A stretch of DNA of 64,000 bases from Bugula neritina (taxonomy: Eukaryota; Animalia; Bryozoa). The position numbers were made by a program, and so were the translations under genes. Where the stretch lies: assembly GCA_964035545.1 (NCBI GenBank), contig OZ037770.1:9864973-9928972 (forward strand), read 5' to 3'. Below are positions 1 through 35,663 of the stretch, piece by piece. The notes below the pieces were generated by a model, which saw only the letters and a list, made by a program, of their open reading frames with translations, was not told the origin of the DNA and did no database searches. Every line of letters begins with the position of its first letter. Within the stretch, counting starts at the first letter, position 1.

Positions 1-103
1 GAGCTAGTAGCCTAGCCTATAAATTTGATTTGAAATAAAAAACTAGAATACACAACTTGTTTATTTTACTTCATTAGTAGCCTGTCTTTCATGCTAATTG
101 TAG

Positions 104-3028
<2,925 letters not shown>

Positions 3029-4244
3029 TACAGGCTCAAGTGCTGTTTGGCACAGCAAATCATATAGTTATATAATTATATTTGCTTATGAGACTACAGT
3101 CAGACTATAACTGTATATTCTCAGGTCAGCGACTGTACAGTAAATAAAGTATTATATTATATATTCATTTATGCTGTCGGAGATAAAAAAGCTGCACTAT
3201 TTTTACTAGTTTTGGCCTGTTTATACATTTGATCAGTTTTATGATTGCATGATATAGATTGTCAAAATTATAGAATAATATTATTAAACAATAATATATT
3301 TTACACAAGCATGTGTTGTTTGCAGTAAAGTAGAAAAAAACTTATAGCTTTATATCATTGATTTTTTTTTTCATCAATATATTTGCTATTTCTACCAGCT
3401 GCTCATTGCTCATTTTATTTAAATACTATCATGGTTTAGTTATAAACTTTAAAGAAATGTTTATACAAATATCATTTATGGTTTTTTGAAACTGCCTTAA
3501 AGAACAGAGGAATTGTTGAAAACAACATATCAAGTGTAAGTGGTGATTGCTCTTCTTTTAACCTATTGACTATACATCAGAGCTTCCCTATACCAGGTTC
3601 ACATTCAGGCTACACTTTTAAGTGGCATGCATTTCTATCATATAATAAAAATAATTAGACAGGACAGTTATTTGAAATTGAAGTGGTGAGAACACTTTAT
3701 TGCGCTAGTGGCTGGAAGATGGAATAGTTATGAAAGTTACGGTAACTGAGGTTAAAAGGAGATCTGAGACATTTGTGTTATAACTTCACTTTTACACTAG
3801 CCACTTTTTATTGATCAACAGCGCAAGTCACTAGATAGCACCTCAGTTGATGGCCACAAGTTCATTAGCAGTGGTTATAGCTGGTCACTTACTTGTAGAA
3901 TGGCAGGGATGGCGGCCTTAAACTTGAGTGAGTTTTTTACTTGTAGAAGGGCATGTGCTTTCTTTACCATTTGACTTACTGCTGATGCTGTATTAGTAGT
4001 TGAAGCAATTGGCATGATCATCATGATTGTGTTTGTTGACAAAACCAGAGATTGATTTCCAGTTGTATTTAAACTTTAAACACTTTTTGCTTACATCAAG
4101 ATAAAATAGAATTGGTGAATAAAACAAAAGTGATGAAATATTGTTGTAGTTTTGTGTACTACTCTTGAGGGTGTTATTGTGTACTCGAATAACTATTGCA
4201 TATCCACTGTGGGTTATGTGAAGAACCGAACCGAGCTATAAGGA

Positions 4245-4388
4245 ATTGCAGGCTACAGTTAGCCAACTAATATTTCTGCAGCTCACCTTAATTCCGTTGG
4301 TATTGGAGTGAAGTGTTGTTTCTAGGTCAATACAGGCACCAGCTAACTGCTCCAAAACCAGTTTAAGCTCTAAATCTTTAGTTGCAGT
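4245..4388. repeat. Dispersed repeat fragment, inverted partner at ~14300-14435
   Basis: gtttctaggtcaatacaggcaccag...gctctaaatctt matches the reverse complement of aagatttagagc...ctggtgcctgtgttgacctagaaac. Confidence 0.7.
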
Positions 4389-5685
4389 GTGCTATGCTTC
4401 ATAACACTCTATAAACCAAACATGATGAAAATCTGTGTTTTTAATTACAAAGTCTTTATGCATCATGGAACATGGCTTTACATATTATCTATAAAATAAC
4501 TTAAGGTAATAACCAGCACAGCATGCAAAGAGGTGACCAATCTCATAGTATTAAAAGTTTTTCTAGCTTAGCTGCATGCTTTACCCACCAAATTTTACAA
4601 CCCCTGTAGTTTGTTTTACGGTATCATCTGGCTACTATAAAGGAATAGGTTTTATCCCATGATTTCACAAGGATAACATTGGGGTAACATAAACATTATC
4701 GTTATAGTTTTGGTGAATCTTTTTACTAGTTCTGCCTCAATCAGATCTACTATTGTGTAGCCAATACATCAAATAGCAGTTTTTCACTTATAAACGTATA
4801 TTATAGCTGTTTTATCTAATAATCATTTGTTGATATCATTATTTAGTTATGTAAATTTTGTCTAATATGTGATCTTCTTGCATGCTTATTATAATAGGAG
4901 ACATATGCAGAATATCTCGAGCTTGGAGTTGGGGGTGTAAATTGGAACTTGAAAGCCCCAACTCCAAACTTGAGAAACAAAAACTACTGCACTCAGTCAC
5001 CCCCAACTGAAGCTGCTTAAAGAACCATTCAATGATCCCATTTAAAGGCTATTATTTTTACAAAAGAGGTTTAGGATAATTTCCAAGTATTGTGGAAATC
5101 AGCTGTTTACAAAACTAAAAACGCCATCAGTGCTTCAGTTTACCATTGCTTCATAGTAAGTTTAAAAAACGGATGGCAGTACATTATTCAGCAAAGAAGG
5201 CCCTTAAGTTCTTCTATCTAGTAACTTTTAAGTGTTTTAAACCACAGCTAATAAAAACGTTTTGACAAAGGACTAAATTACAGTAAAGGAAATGCTCAGT
5301 TATTTTGCACTGAACTGAGCTTGCGGACTACACTTTATATGGGTCAGAGTTTATGGCTAGTCCAATAGCAGTTCATATTGTTAATCCAATTGTAAAAGAG
5401 TCAGTTTACTTCATTTAGTACACACCAGCAACTTATGGCCTAACATTAAAGTTTGCTCAAAATCAGTTGAAATTTACTATACATGGTATTTTTATGTGCT
5501 GGTTTTAACTACGCATAACAGAAAAGGCTGGGAGGGGATTCCCCAACTACGAGGAAAAAGTTGCAACGGGACCAGGCCGACAGGGGGGCTCTCCGATCGT
5601 GGGGCGACTCTGTCCGCCCCTCGCAACTCACCTGCTGGGGATGTGGTGCATCGAGGCACATAAGAAGACACTGTCCTAGAGGAGG

Positions 5686-7555
5686 ATGGCTACCTTTAAA
5701 CACCCGAGGCTCAAGGTAACTTCCGCCAACCGTAAGCCCCAAGCCAGCCCCATTCGGGAGAGGGACCAGAGGATGACCAAGAGGGCCTCTATGGAGTCTG
5801 CTGATACTGAGTGGCAGGCGCATCGGAGACCTCGGAGACCGCAAGGTCTGCCCGATCCTCCAGCCTGGCCACTCCGTAATCGGTTCGCGAGGTTGCTCGA
5901 GGAGGTTGTGGAGGAGGATTCAGCTTACTTGCAAGAGTATCCCAAGCTACCCTCTCAACCTCAGAAAACCCCTGTTGTCTCTAAGACGAAGAGGAGGCCC
6001 GCTGTGTGGACCCAAGTTGTGTCTCTCCCAGAGACTGATTGCTCCAGGAGAACCCAGCCGTATGGAAGCAGCTATTTCCTGCCCGAAAAAATTTCGGGTA
6101 AAGCCACCACATTCCTAGTGGACACTGGGTGCACTACATACCTGCTGAGTAGGCGTCTCTTTGACACTCTTGGCGCCCGAGAGCGGGCGAGCCTCGAGCC
6201 GTACAAAAGTGAACATGGTATGTTGGCGGACGGATCATGTATTCCTTTTTACGGCATCATTACACTACCTGGACGCATCCGTGATCAGGTGATTCACAAG
6301 ACGTTCATAGTCAGCCAGCTGAAGGAGGACGCCATCCTATGGATGCCATTTCTGAAGAAACACCAGTGTCACATGGATTTCTAGAAATCGGCATGGCGAT
6401 GGCTGGAAAGCAACTTGTCTGTGTTAACAAGTTTGGCAGGCCTTTGGTGGGCGGAGTCCAGGTAGTGTGGAACTGCACAGTTCCGGTAAGATTCCAGGCA
6501 ACTTTTTGCTGCAGAGTCAACTGTAGGGAGATTGCCGGCCAGGGAGCGGTTGAGAAAACGCATGGAGCAATCCGACTGGCAAACAGCCTGAATCGGCTAG
6601 ACTGTCAGAGAGAGCTCCTTGTGCAGTGTATCAACCCCTTCACAGAACCCATCCGATTATCGGCTGGAGTGCTGGTGGGGAAGTACCACTCTATCCAAGA
6701 AGCGGATATGGGGCCGGCACTGGAAACAGTTGCCGGCACCCAGGGAAACCCCCCTCGTGCCAGTCAAAGAGCAGTCCCGGAGCACTTGGCTGACTTGTAT
6801 GGTAGAGCGTGTGGCAACTGTACGAGTAGTACTGAACGCCGAGTACTGGCTCAACTACTTATGGAGTACAGTGATGTTTTCATTCGCGGCGCTGGAGACA
6901 TGGGGAAGACTAAGGTTATCTCTCACAAGATACCCCTTGCAGCCGGCACCGCAAGAAGAAGGATGGTAGCTAGAGGTTCTGTGTGGACTACCGCAGACTC
7001 AACAGCGTTACCATCCAGGACGCCTACCTTCTCCCACGGATAAATGAGTCTCTGGATGCCCTCGCGGGTAGCAAGTACTTCAGTACTTTGGATCTGCTTA
7101 GCAGGTAATGGCAAGTACCCCTCAGTCCTGATGCCCAGGACAAAGCAGCATTCATTACCCACGACGAGCTCTGGAAATGGAAAGTACTGCCATTCAGGCT
7201 TACGTCCGCCCCAGCAACCTTCCAACGGCTCATGGAGCAGGTCCTCAGTAGGTTACAATGGAAGACCCTCTAATCTATCTGGATGACGTCATTGTTATCT
7301 CCCCAGACTTTACGACTCATGTCAGTCGTCTGCGGGAGGTCTTTGACCGCCTCCGGGTAGCTGGACTGAAGTTGAAGCCCTTCAAGTGGTTGGCCGTGAC
7401 GGGGTCGCTACCGACCCGGAGAAGGTGTAAGCTGTGAAAGAGTGGACTGTTCCCAGCAACCTCCCTCAGTTGCGAGCATTCCTGGGCCTGGTAGGATACT
7501 ACCGGCAGTACATACTTGAGTTTGGAGGGGTGGCTCAGCCTTTAAATCGGCTACC
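5686..7555 (+). pseudogene. pol: Gypsy pol remnant (aspartic protease plus reverse transcriptase), frameshifted
   Basis: DTG protease motif in ORF 5686-6384. RT motifs are spread across frames over ~6950-7550, with in-frame stops and internal deletions. Confidence 0.88.
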
Positions 7556-7561
7556 CACCGG

Positions 7562-9258
7562 GTGAAGGCGGGAACCTCCTACCTTCAAAAGCTGAGGAAC
7601 CACCGACGCCACAAGAGCCGGTCTCTAGGGAGGAGCCAGAGAGACAGAAGACCACCCAGATATCTGGCTGACTATCATGTGGGGCACATGGAGTTGCTTT
7701 CCCAAAGGGGTAGTACACCCAGTACGAGCAACTATCCCCATTTGGTTGGAAATTCCCTCCAGTACTTCGAAGAATTCCACCAAAAGGTAGAGATTCTGAA
7801 CCGAATTTCGGAGGGCACACGATTGTCAGAGTTGTCTCTTTGAAACTCGGTGGAATTACTGGCTGGGCACGTGACTGAAGGGTTGGCACGTAAAAACTTT
7901 GAAACACGAGGCTCAGCCATTGCACCCAGTAATTCCGCGGCAATTAAATGTGTCTCTGAATTCTCTTATAATATTAATAATAATAATTTGAATTCTAATT
8001 TCTACGAGATGGGAGTAACTCTGCCAGAGAACAACACTAGCCAGTCAGGTATTTGGTTAGGGTTAGATCCTCCAGTATCGGAGTTTAACCCAAACTCTAT
8101 TAATTGGTCAATGTTGGATTCGTTTGAGACTGCCCTGTTAAAGCCTGGGGTCGACATGGATCTCGGAGATGACTCTCTGCACGAATACCTGTTAGATCAG
8201 GACGTGGGGTCAGTCACTCTCTGTGACTCATCGCGGCCTCCAGTTTCTCACAGGTCACCTTATAAGCAGATGCTGAATTTTGGCATCGGTAAGATCGGTC
8301 AGTCACGGCCTCTACTGCATGTTGTAGGCACTGCTATGGAGTGCAAAGAGGTAGAAGCGAGTCGTACCGACTCCCCTCCTACTCAGGCCTCTGGTTCGGC
8401 TCCTAGCAGCCCGAAGGGTGCCTTTCAGCTACCCAAGGTGCTTCCCACCACCGCAAGTGCACCTGTTTCAGAACCTGTCAAACTTCAGCTAGCTGCAGGG
8501 GAAGAACAGGGCATCCTGCTCGGTGAGCCCTCAGAAGAAGAGGTATCAGAAGTGCTGGCCCTGCCTTGGGCCCTGGTTGCCCACCAGTACTGGGTATCCC
8601 GGAACACTAACCTTTGGATTAACGAAGTGTGTGGTGAGTCGGGCAACTGCATCTGCCACCAGTGTCGGAGGAAGTTCTCCTCCACATGGCAGCTGCGTGT
8701 CCACGCCCCCCAACACTTTGTTAATGTTTGTTTTGTCCATGCGGGGAATTCTCATACCAACGCGATTATGTGCTGCACCATCAGCGCATATCCCGTTGCC
8801 ACACGAGCAAAACATTCGTGGTTAAGGCCACAGTCCCGGAGTTCCGGGATCTCATCTCGTCGCATGTTGGGGACTACCGCAAACGGGCCTCTCTCACCCA
8901 GGGTTTCCCAGCATGTCGGCCCTTGAGAAAGGAGAACCCCGGGCCTGTTGCTGCCTCCCAACCGGCGGCCACCCAGCCTCTTCGGGTCGTGCTAGCATGG
9001 GTCGGTGAGGACTCTAGGTCTAATGCGCAGAACCTGGACCCCCGACCCGCAGCGACGGGCAGGAAGAAGATGTCGGAGCGCCGTACTACTACCACCACCA
9101 CTGCCCGGACCTCTCAGTCCGCTCAGGAGCCCCGGCCTTTATTGGAGGAGGAAATACGACGCATGAGGAGACAAATGCGCAGATATGAGGAGGACCTGGC
9201 GGAGCTAAGGAGGCGGCTTAAAAGACTGGAGCGCACAGATGGTGACAGGCGCCACTAA
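7562..9258 (+). pseudogene. Gypsy Pol C-terminal extension or extra ORF with a C2H2 zinc finger, a second finger-like motif and a terminal coiled coil
   Basis: ORFs 7562-7843 and 7850-8926 share a frame and are separated by one TGA. They contain CHQCRRKFSSTWQLRVHAPQH. After a frameshift at ~8728 come CPCGEFSYQRDYVLHHQRISRC and LEEEIRRMRRQMRRYEEDLAELRRRLKRLE. Confidence 0.7.
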
Positions 9259-10286
9259 GGATAATTTATTATATATATATATATATATATACATGGTGGT
9301 GGGTGTGTGGTGCGCTTACATATATTTTATTGTTTTTATGTGTGTTTTCTTTCCTTTTTACATATATGTTTTTCCTTTAGTACGTACCCTCCAGTTTTTT
9401 TTTGGTCTTTTTTGTATCGGAAAGTAGGCTTTCCGAGAGGGGGTGTGTGTAATAGATATGCGTATCTCAGAGTTATCGCTCCTTATATTTTTATCGTGTG
9501 ACTTGTTATTCCGAAATTTATATGCTTCTTTTCACTGTTCTCTAAATATTTTCATTGACTTGCAGGCATGTCATGTAAACAAATGCTTTTAAACCATTTA
9601 CATACTGTGTTTGACATTTTTAGATCATATATTGTTTGATATACAAATTTAATCTATTTATTATATTACATATCTTTATATTTGTAATAACAAATTTTAA
9701 TAAAAATATTAGACAGTAAGGTAGCCTAGTCATTTTCATAGTATAGTATGTGAGCATGTTAATACAGATGAGCCAGTGCCTTCATAAACTACAGGCATGT
9801 GTTCCAACCCATAATTTGGATCATTTGAATTTTAGTAAAAGCTGACTATAAGTGTAGCTATATTGTGTAAGATGAGCAGGTTGTGATTATCCTAAGAGTT
9901 GAAAGGTTTACAGCTCTAAACGGACTGGTGACAGCCAGCAAAGCAAATGATTAGTGGAATTCATATGACAGCTGCCAGCTTCAGCATTTCTCAATAACCA
10001 AAACCACAAAAATGCTTTGAATTTTATGTTTTGTCAAACTGATCAAGAAAAATTTGTTTTAGATAATTTCTGAAACTGCTAATATGTGTGATTATGCCCA
10101 AATAGTTTTCTTAGAAAAAATGAAACTCCTAATAGCAATAGTCTTCACACAAACCTCAGATTTCTACTGATTTTAGGCGCCTTCTATATATCATGGAGAC
10201 TGCCCCTCGGCCTGGTGGGAGGAGGCAACTTCAAAATACAAATTCCCCTAAAGGAACATGTGAAAAGTTTTATTGCAATTTTTAAT

Positions 10287-10455
10287 TACTACTACTTCCG
10301 CACTGTTTAATACATTTTCCCTTTGTTACTACCTCATCAATAATCAAAGAAATTTACTATCCTACTATCTATAAATTCAGGGAGGTCTATAGTCACTATC
10401 CCTGTGAAATCGCTTGGTGGAAAGATTTTTTAAGCAAGTAAAGGACTTATATCAC
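10287..10455 (-). repeat. ~170 bp direct repeat of ~11417-11560 (SINE 3' portion plus a shared extension)
   Basis: ttttccctttgttactacct(c/g)atcaataatcaaagaaatttactatcctactat occurs at both loci, each followed by SINE-tail-like sequence. Confidence 0.7.
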
Positions 10456-10715
10456 TATTATTACTGTTAACATCATCTGCTTGTTCAAGTTTAATTCATG
10501 GTAATTTATATAAATGCAGTCTGTATTTTTATTTTTGATGTTCTGCAGTTTGATTTGTAAAGTATCATAAATTTGCATGGGTCAATATAGATTTCCATTT
10601 CAAAAGCAAACTACCCCATCATATATGTTGCTGTAGTTTCAGCTAGCTGACAGCCATTTTATTGCATGCACGAAGACTAGCTTATATGCAAGTCCCTCAA
10701 AACTAATAGTGATAT

Positions 10716-11083
10716 TGTAAGGAAATTGGTAATTGTGCATATATATATCAAACAGGCAACTCCTCATTGTACTTCGTACTATTCCCCATAAATTGGAGGC
10801 GATGTAACTAGTCTAGTACAGCGCCTACTAACACTCAGACACTGGATAGCTAGTTTACGATATAGATGGGACTCACTAATTAGAGTTGATTGACAGCGCT
10901 CTTGGATAGCAGCAGTGGATTAGCTAGGTTGTGTTTCTGCTATTATAATTGTGTAACGTTTTTCCTTTGTGTTTAGTTAGTTACTCTTGTATTTTTCGCA
11001 TAAATAAACTCATTAATACTCTAAGTCAGTAGCATTGCTTCTAGAATAACTACCCACAATAAGTGAATCATAAATTCACAACA
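10716..11083 (+). mobile_element. Solo LTR candidate (368 bp)
   Basis: TGTAAGG...CACAACA termini flanked by an ATAT duplication (10712-10715 and 11084-11087); AATAAA at ~11003. It does not match the LTR start at 9448. Confidence 0.7.
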
Positions 11084-11502
11084 ATATTAATAACGATTCA
11101 CCTACTTAGGGAGCTTTCAATCAAAAGTGACCTGGTCTTAGCAAACATGCACCCACATTAATTATATGCTTCACCCTTTAAAATGCTCGACCAAACAAAG
11201 TTGCTCACTGCTGGAAAGATGAATAGTATTCGGTCTTCTATAACAATTCTATCAAACCAGATTTTTGCTTTTCCAGGAAGCCATCAGTGTAGAATGGATG
11301 TTATTATATTAGAAAGAACATTATAGCTACTTGTATGTAATTTGCAAAAGCTACACGACATTAACTTAGTATTCTGATTATATTAAAATATAGTTTGTGT
11401 ACCATAATTACAAGTTATTACTACTTTCACACTCTTTAATATATTTTCCCTTTGTTACTACCTGATCAATAATCAAAGAAATTTACTATCCTACTATATT
11501 AA

Positions 11503-11688
11503 CTGTCCCTTGGAAACCACTGATGGAAGGGGTTTTTTAAAGCAGGTGAAAGACTTACTCATATGTAACACAGCTAGAACCAATTATGACTGGATGCTCC
11601 TCCTAACATTATACTGCCAGTGTCTGGTTTTGAACCACTTCCCTTTCGTTTCACAGAGCCGGTGCTTTAACCACTACACCATGGCTGC
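11503..11688 (-). mobile_element. tRNA-derived SINE copy
   Basis: Reverse complement of the family core (aattatgactggatgctcctcctaacat) and of the tRNA-like head (ttaaccactacaccatggctgct). Confidence 0.75.
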
Positions 11689-12509
11689 TAAAGCAAACAT
11701 TGTATATGCATGATATTTAAATTAGATAAACATTGTTTGATTTGAGTCAGTTTGCACACACTTTGCCAAAAGATTTCTACTCTGATTTGGATTCACCTCA
11801 TAGCACCGCAATGAGCTTACATCAAGATTCAAATTGGTTTAGAACTGCTGAGAAGACGACTCTTGTCACAATTGCAGTTGCAGTCATTATATTCACTTGT
11901 ATCCTATATAAAAGCTCATCTTAGTGGGTTGTGAACACATGAGAAAAGCCAAATAGAAAGAGTTAGTATATCAAAACCACTTGGGCAGATTCAAACTATT
12001 AATCTATAAAATATAACTACTCTAGCAATGACGACGTTCACTCCCACACATAAGTTAATGAGGAATGTGAAGATGAATAATCAGAGATTTAAGAATGCTT
12101 TAGTTACTTTTTTCTCAGGAATTGTCTATAAGATAATTCAATGAACCTTTTAAGGTCCTGCACTGCAACTAAAGAAGGCACTAACTATAAGTTCCACCTA
12201 AAGTTAATAACCAAAGAAACTACATGCCTTAGTATAATGATTGCTCAACGCTTGAGTTAGCCATAAGTTTTGATAAAAACTCTAACACACTATACAAAAG
12301 AAGTTTTAGGGTATGAAAAGGTGGTTATATACTAATATATAAGGGTTTAGATAAACTGGTTAGTACAAGATGTTATCTATTATTGTTCAAGTTTCAGTAA
12401 AACTTGAAGTGCACCTGTATTCATCTGTATCCTACTAGTCTTGAGGTGAAAAAGTGAGCTAAGGGGAGAAAGCCATTGGCTTATTTAACCCCAATAATGT
12501 AGCATGCAA

Positions 12510-12960
12510 ATGTATGCCTAATAGAGTTTTAAAAGCAAGTACAGAATTAATGTCAATTGCTGCCTGGGGAAGTTTGTTCCAAACATCAATTACCTACTCT
12601 TTGGCAAAGTATAACCAAAAAAATATATATGTCCACATTTATAATCACTTTTCATTTCTTTATCCATGAATTGTTGCCTTTGTGACAGTTAGCAAAAGAA
12701 ATAGCAAACAAATTAAAGATTTTCAAGACTGGCAATACCAATTTAAACAAATTTAATTTTTAGTGTTTGAGAGAGTCAGCATAAAATTTTGTAAGTTGAT
12801 TAATAAAAGAAATTTTTTACATAACTATAAGTTTCATTGTTTATTGGGCCCATCAATCAGAAGTGACAATATCTTAGGTTCAGTTATTAATATGATCCCC
12901 TTTTAGCAGTTGCTATGCATTGCCAAGCTGTACGGCAAACTAGATGGCTATACAGTTTTC
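12510..12960 (-). mobile_element. CR1/L2-clade LINE ORF2 3' fragment
   Basis: The minus strand reads SRVIDVWNKLPQAAIDINSVLAFKTLL, the typical C-terminal RVxxxWNxLP...xFK motif of CR1/L2 ORF2. The remainder is degraded. Confidence 0.65.
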
Positions 12961-15900
12961 CAAATCATGATTAGCCGGATATGATTATATATATAATAGG
13001 CAGCAAGTAAGGAAAAGAGTATACAAATAATCTAAAATAAAAATCTAGGCTAGATCTAAAACAGGTCGCTCTGCAATTCTATCTCAGGTCAAATCATTTC
13101 AATAGCAGAAAAAACTTTTAACTGACTACACTAACAAACAGCGGTAAACAAACAAAATATATTTAATGTGCTTTTACGCCTTGTTTATATTTTATTGTAG
13201 AATTAGGCATTCTAAAACATAAAGATTAGATATTTTTATCTAACTTGATTTTAAAAGATTTTAGTTGCTAAAAGCATGTGCAGCGATAGTAAGAATAGTT
13301 TGCAGCCTAGGACAGTAGTGCACTAAGAAACATGGGGCACGTGAAAGATTTGTTCTACTACAAACTACTTTCACAATATTGCTATTAGAAGTTTCTACAT
13401 ATGATAGAAACACAACGCTGCTATTTTGCTGAAGTTTCTTTTGCTGCAATTTGGTACTTTAGCTGTAGTTTAAAAATTGCTAGATGAAATTTGAGGGTCT
13501 TCCTCTTTGAGTAATGTACTGCCTTCAGTTTTATGAACTTGCCATGAAAACAGAGGCATCTGTGGTGTTTTGGGCTTTTTAAACAGCTAACTTTCAAAAT
13601 GCTTAGAATATCTTTTATGCAGTCAAACTAATCTCTTTCTTAACTTATATCTTTGCTAGCATGCGTTTGTTTTTCACACTGCACCACTAAACCGTAACAT
13701 CCGCAACGCCTTCGAAACTACATGCAGGTCTATTATTCACTTCTATAACTGATGTAATAATATAGTTTTGAAAAGCTTTATTCTCTTTTCAAGCTTTCAG
13801 GGCCTATTATAGACTATGACCAACCCACTCAGCTTGGATTATCAGGTAATCTTTGAGAAAAAAAACTACTCAGTTTCAGAACTGCTAATTCCTGAGCCAC
13901 TAATCATGCTGATTTGGTGCATTGGCTACACAGGATCACGTCTGATAAAGGCGAACCTGGTAAGGACCTTAACTATAAAAATTTGCGTTATGCTAGTGTT
14001 TCTTTTGTGAAAGCATCTGAAAAGACATATTTCATTATGAAAATAATAATGTTTCTTCAGTTGCTAAAAAAACTACAGGAGCTCTAAGATTTGGTGGGTA
14101 GAGCAGCCTGCTAAAGTAGTAAGTATTTGAATATTATGAATATGTGCAGCCGGCATGCAGTAAGCTAATAATTTGTTATTACCCTTAAGCTATTGTCTAG
14201 TTTGTAAAGTCGTGTTCTTTGATGCATAAAATATTCATAGCTGAAAACATAAATGATTTTCATCCGTCAATTTTATTCTATGAATTGTCATGAGAAGAAC
14301 TGCAACAGCTTAAGATTTAGAGCAAAGTAGCTTTGAAGCAGCTATCTGGTGCCTGTGTTGACCTAGAAACGGCACTTTACTCCAATTCCAAGGTGAGCTG
14401 GAGAATTGCGGGGCTTTAGTTAACTGTAGCCTACACTTTCTTGCCATAGCTACTTATACCTCGTTACTCAATATTCCAATTGTTTATGCTAAGTACACAT
14501 ATTATTTTAATAACAGTGAAGAAAGTGCAGATACTAATTTTACTAATTAATAACTCTTTTAATTTTTGTGAAGCATGTTGAAGCCAATTTATCCCATCCC
14601 AGCTTTTTGTTGAAGTGCAGTATAGTTTTTGAAACAAAACATTTGCTAAAATTATTTTGGTATGAGAGAGCAAATATTTTAAGTTTTGACTTTGAGAATA
14701 AATCAGTTATCTGTATATAGATTTCAATCTCGGCCAGTTTTATATGAACTGAGTATTAAATATCTTACCTGCAGTAGGTAGCTTTAGGCCTAGTGAAGCA
14801 TAAAAATGACTTATTAAAGTATTTATAGTTTGTGTATTCAGGGCTGTTGAAGCATGGACTGGATATAATGTATTGCTTCACATGGTAAAATATAGTTAAA
14901 GAATCAGGGTTTAGATTGCGCGATACAGAACAGAAATTTTATACAGATGCAAAAGACAAAGCAAAATATCAATTTCTAAAGCTTTAGATTTGACATTCTA
15001 GTCTAGAAACTCTCTTCCAGGTTTCACAATCATGGAATCTATAGTTGATAACTTAAAATAGCTAACTAAGGTAGAAAGCTTACATTTGAGCACGACTCAT
15101 TCTCTGAGACTCCTTATTCCATTATACTTTATACTACATTTAGTAGCAGTTGTTCGCAACTTTTAGATAAAAACGATAATAATCCCTAATAGGATTTTTT
15201 TTTCTGAGTGCAAAGTGGTTTAGAGCATACAAAAAATGTTTTGGCATCAATAAAAAAACCTTACTATATGGTGAACAGATTAGAAAACTTTAGATAAAAT
15301 CTAAAACAAACAAAACAGAAAATGTATATCCTTTGGCAACTAGCTCAATTGACCTAAGAAAAAGAATGTTACAAAGTTGCCATAATCCTAATCATAGTTT
15401 TCTAGCTGCTTGCAAAAGATAGTATCACTGCATCACTGCTATTTGGCAACCTTTAGAAAGTTTGAATAGAATTTGTGGTTCAAATTTAAGGTTCCAGTGA
15501 TAGATTGTATTTCATTTCTACTGCTTTGTTCAAGATTTTGCTTAGATAACTTTTGACAATTGATATGAAACGTACTTAAGACTCTATTAGACTGTAAAAT
15601 ATAGGACGAGTTACACATATTTTGAAGTGATATGTGTTTTATGTTTTTAAAGTATTAAAACTGAAACTTGATTAAAGTTAATGAGAATATGCCAATTTTA
15701 TATAGAGTAGTAAATGCACCAACTACCATAGAGCACCACAATCACTTTAAATCGTATTCCAGATTATTCTGTTTAAAGAAAATATTGCTTGTAAATGCAG
15801 ACTTTTAAGAAAAGTCCTGTATGTTCGTAAGTTTTACCTTTAAAAACCTTTTGGCCAATTAGTTAAAGACAGTGAGAAAATACTATATAAAATGACTGCA

Positions 15901-15991
15901 ATATTTACTAAGCTGATGACAATCTAATATAATATTTGTAACAACTTGGCTTTCATTTAGCTGAACATTAATCAAAGAGGACTAATCGAAG

Positions 15992-35218
<19,227 letters not shown>

Positions 35219-35254
35219 TACAGGCTCAAGTACTGTTTGGCACAGCGAATCATA

Positions 35255-35360
35255 GTTATATAATTATATTTGTTATATAATTATATTTGTTATATAATTA
35301 TATTTGTGATATAATCATACATTGGTTATATAATTATATTTGTTATATAATTATATTTGT
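35255..35360 (+). repeat. 17 bp tandem repeat (gttatataattatattt) in the 3' UTR of ABCC copy 2
   Basis: About 6 units here versus one at ~3067-3083 in copy 1. Confidence 0.9.
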
Positions 35361-35663
35361 ATACCAGGTTATGAGACTACAGTCAGACTATAACTGTATA
35401 TTCTCAGGTCAGCGACTGTACAGTAAATAAAGTATTATATTATATATTCATTTATGCTGTCGGAGATAAAAAAGCTACACTATTTTTACTAGTGTTGGCC
35501 TGTTTATACATTTGATCAGTTTTATGATTGCATAATATAGGTTGTCAAAATTATAGAATAATATTAATAAACAATAATATTTTTAGCACAAGCATGTGTT
35601 GCTTGCAATAAGTAGAAACAAGCATAAAGCTTTATATTATTGTTTTTTTTTTCATCAATATAT

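Larger units (their letters stand above)
5512..9530 (+). mobile_element. Degenerate Ty3/Gypsy LTR retrotransposon (gag end, protease, partial RT, integrase tail, extra 3' coding region, PPT, start of 3' LTR)
   Basis: Sharp rise in GC content. Gag knuckle CWGCGASRHIRRHC from 5633; protease FLVDTG at ~6112; RT motifs [29 protein letters not shown] and YLDD (~7276) broken by stops and frameshifts. RNase H and integrase core are deleted at ~7560; integrase tail RDRRPPRYLADY at ~7640. PPT-like gagagggggtgtg 9435-9447 is followed by TGTAATAG at 9448. Both outer limits are approximate. Confidence 0.92.

Noticed and set aside
3700-4080. Minus-strand coding-like stretch (NKHNHDDH) in the duplicated 3' flank, possibly a transposase remnant
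   Set aside because: Interrupted frames and too little motif evidence to assign.
10716-11083. This LTR as the 3' LTR of the adjacent Gypsy element
   Set aside because: It has its own TSD and differs from the LTR start that follows the PPT at 9448.
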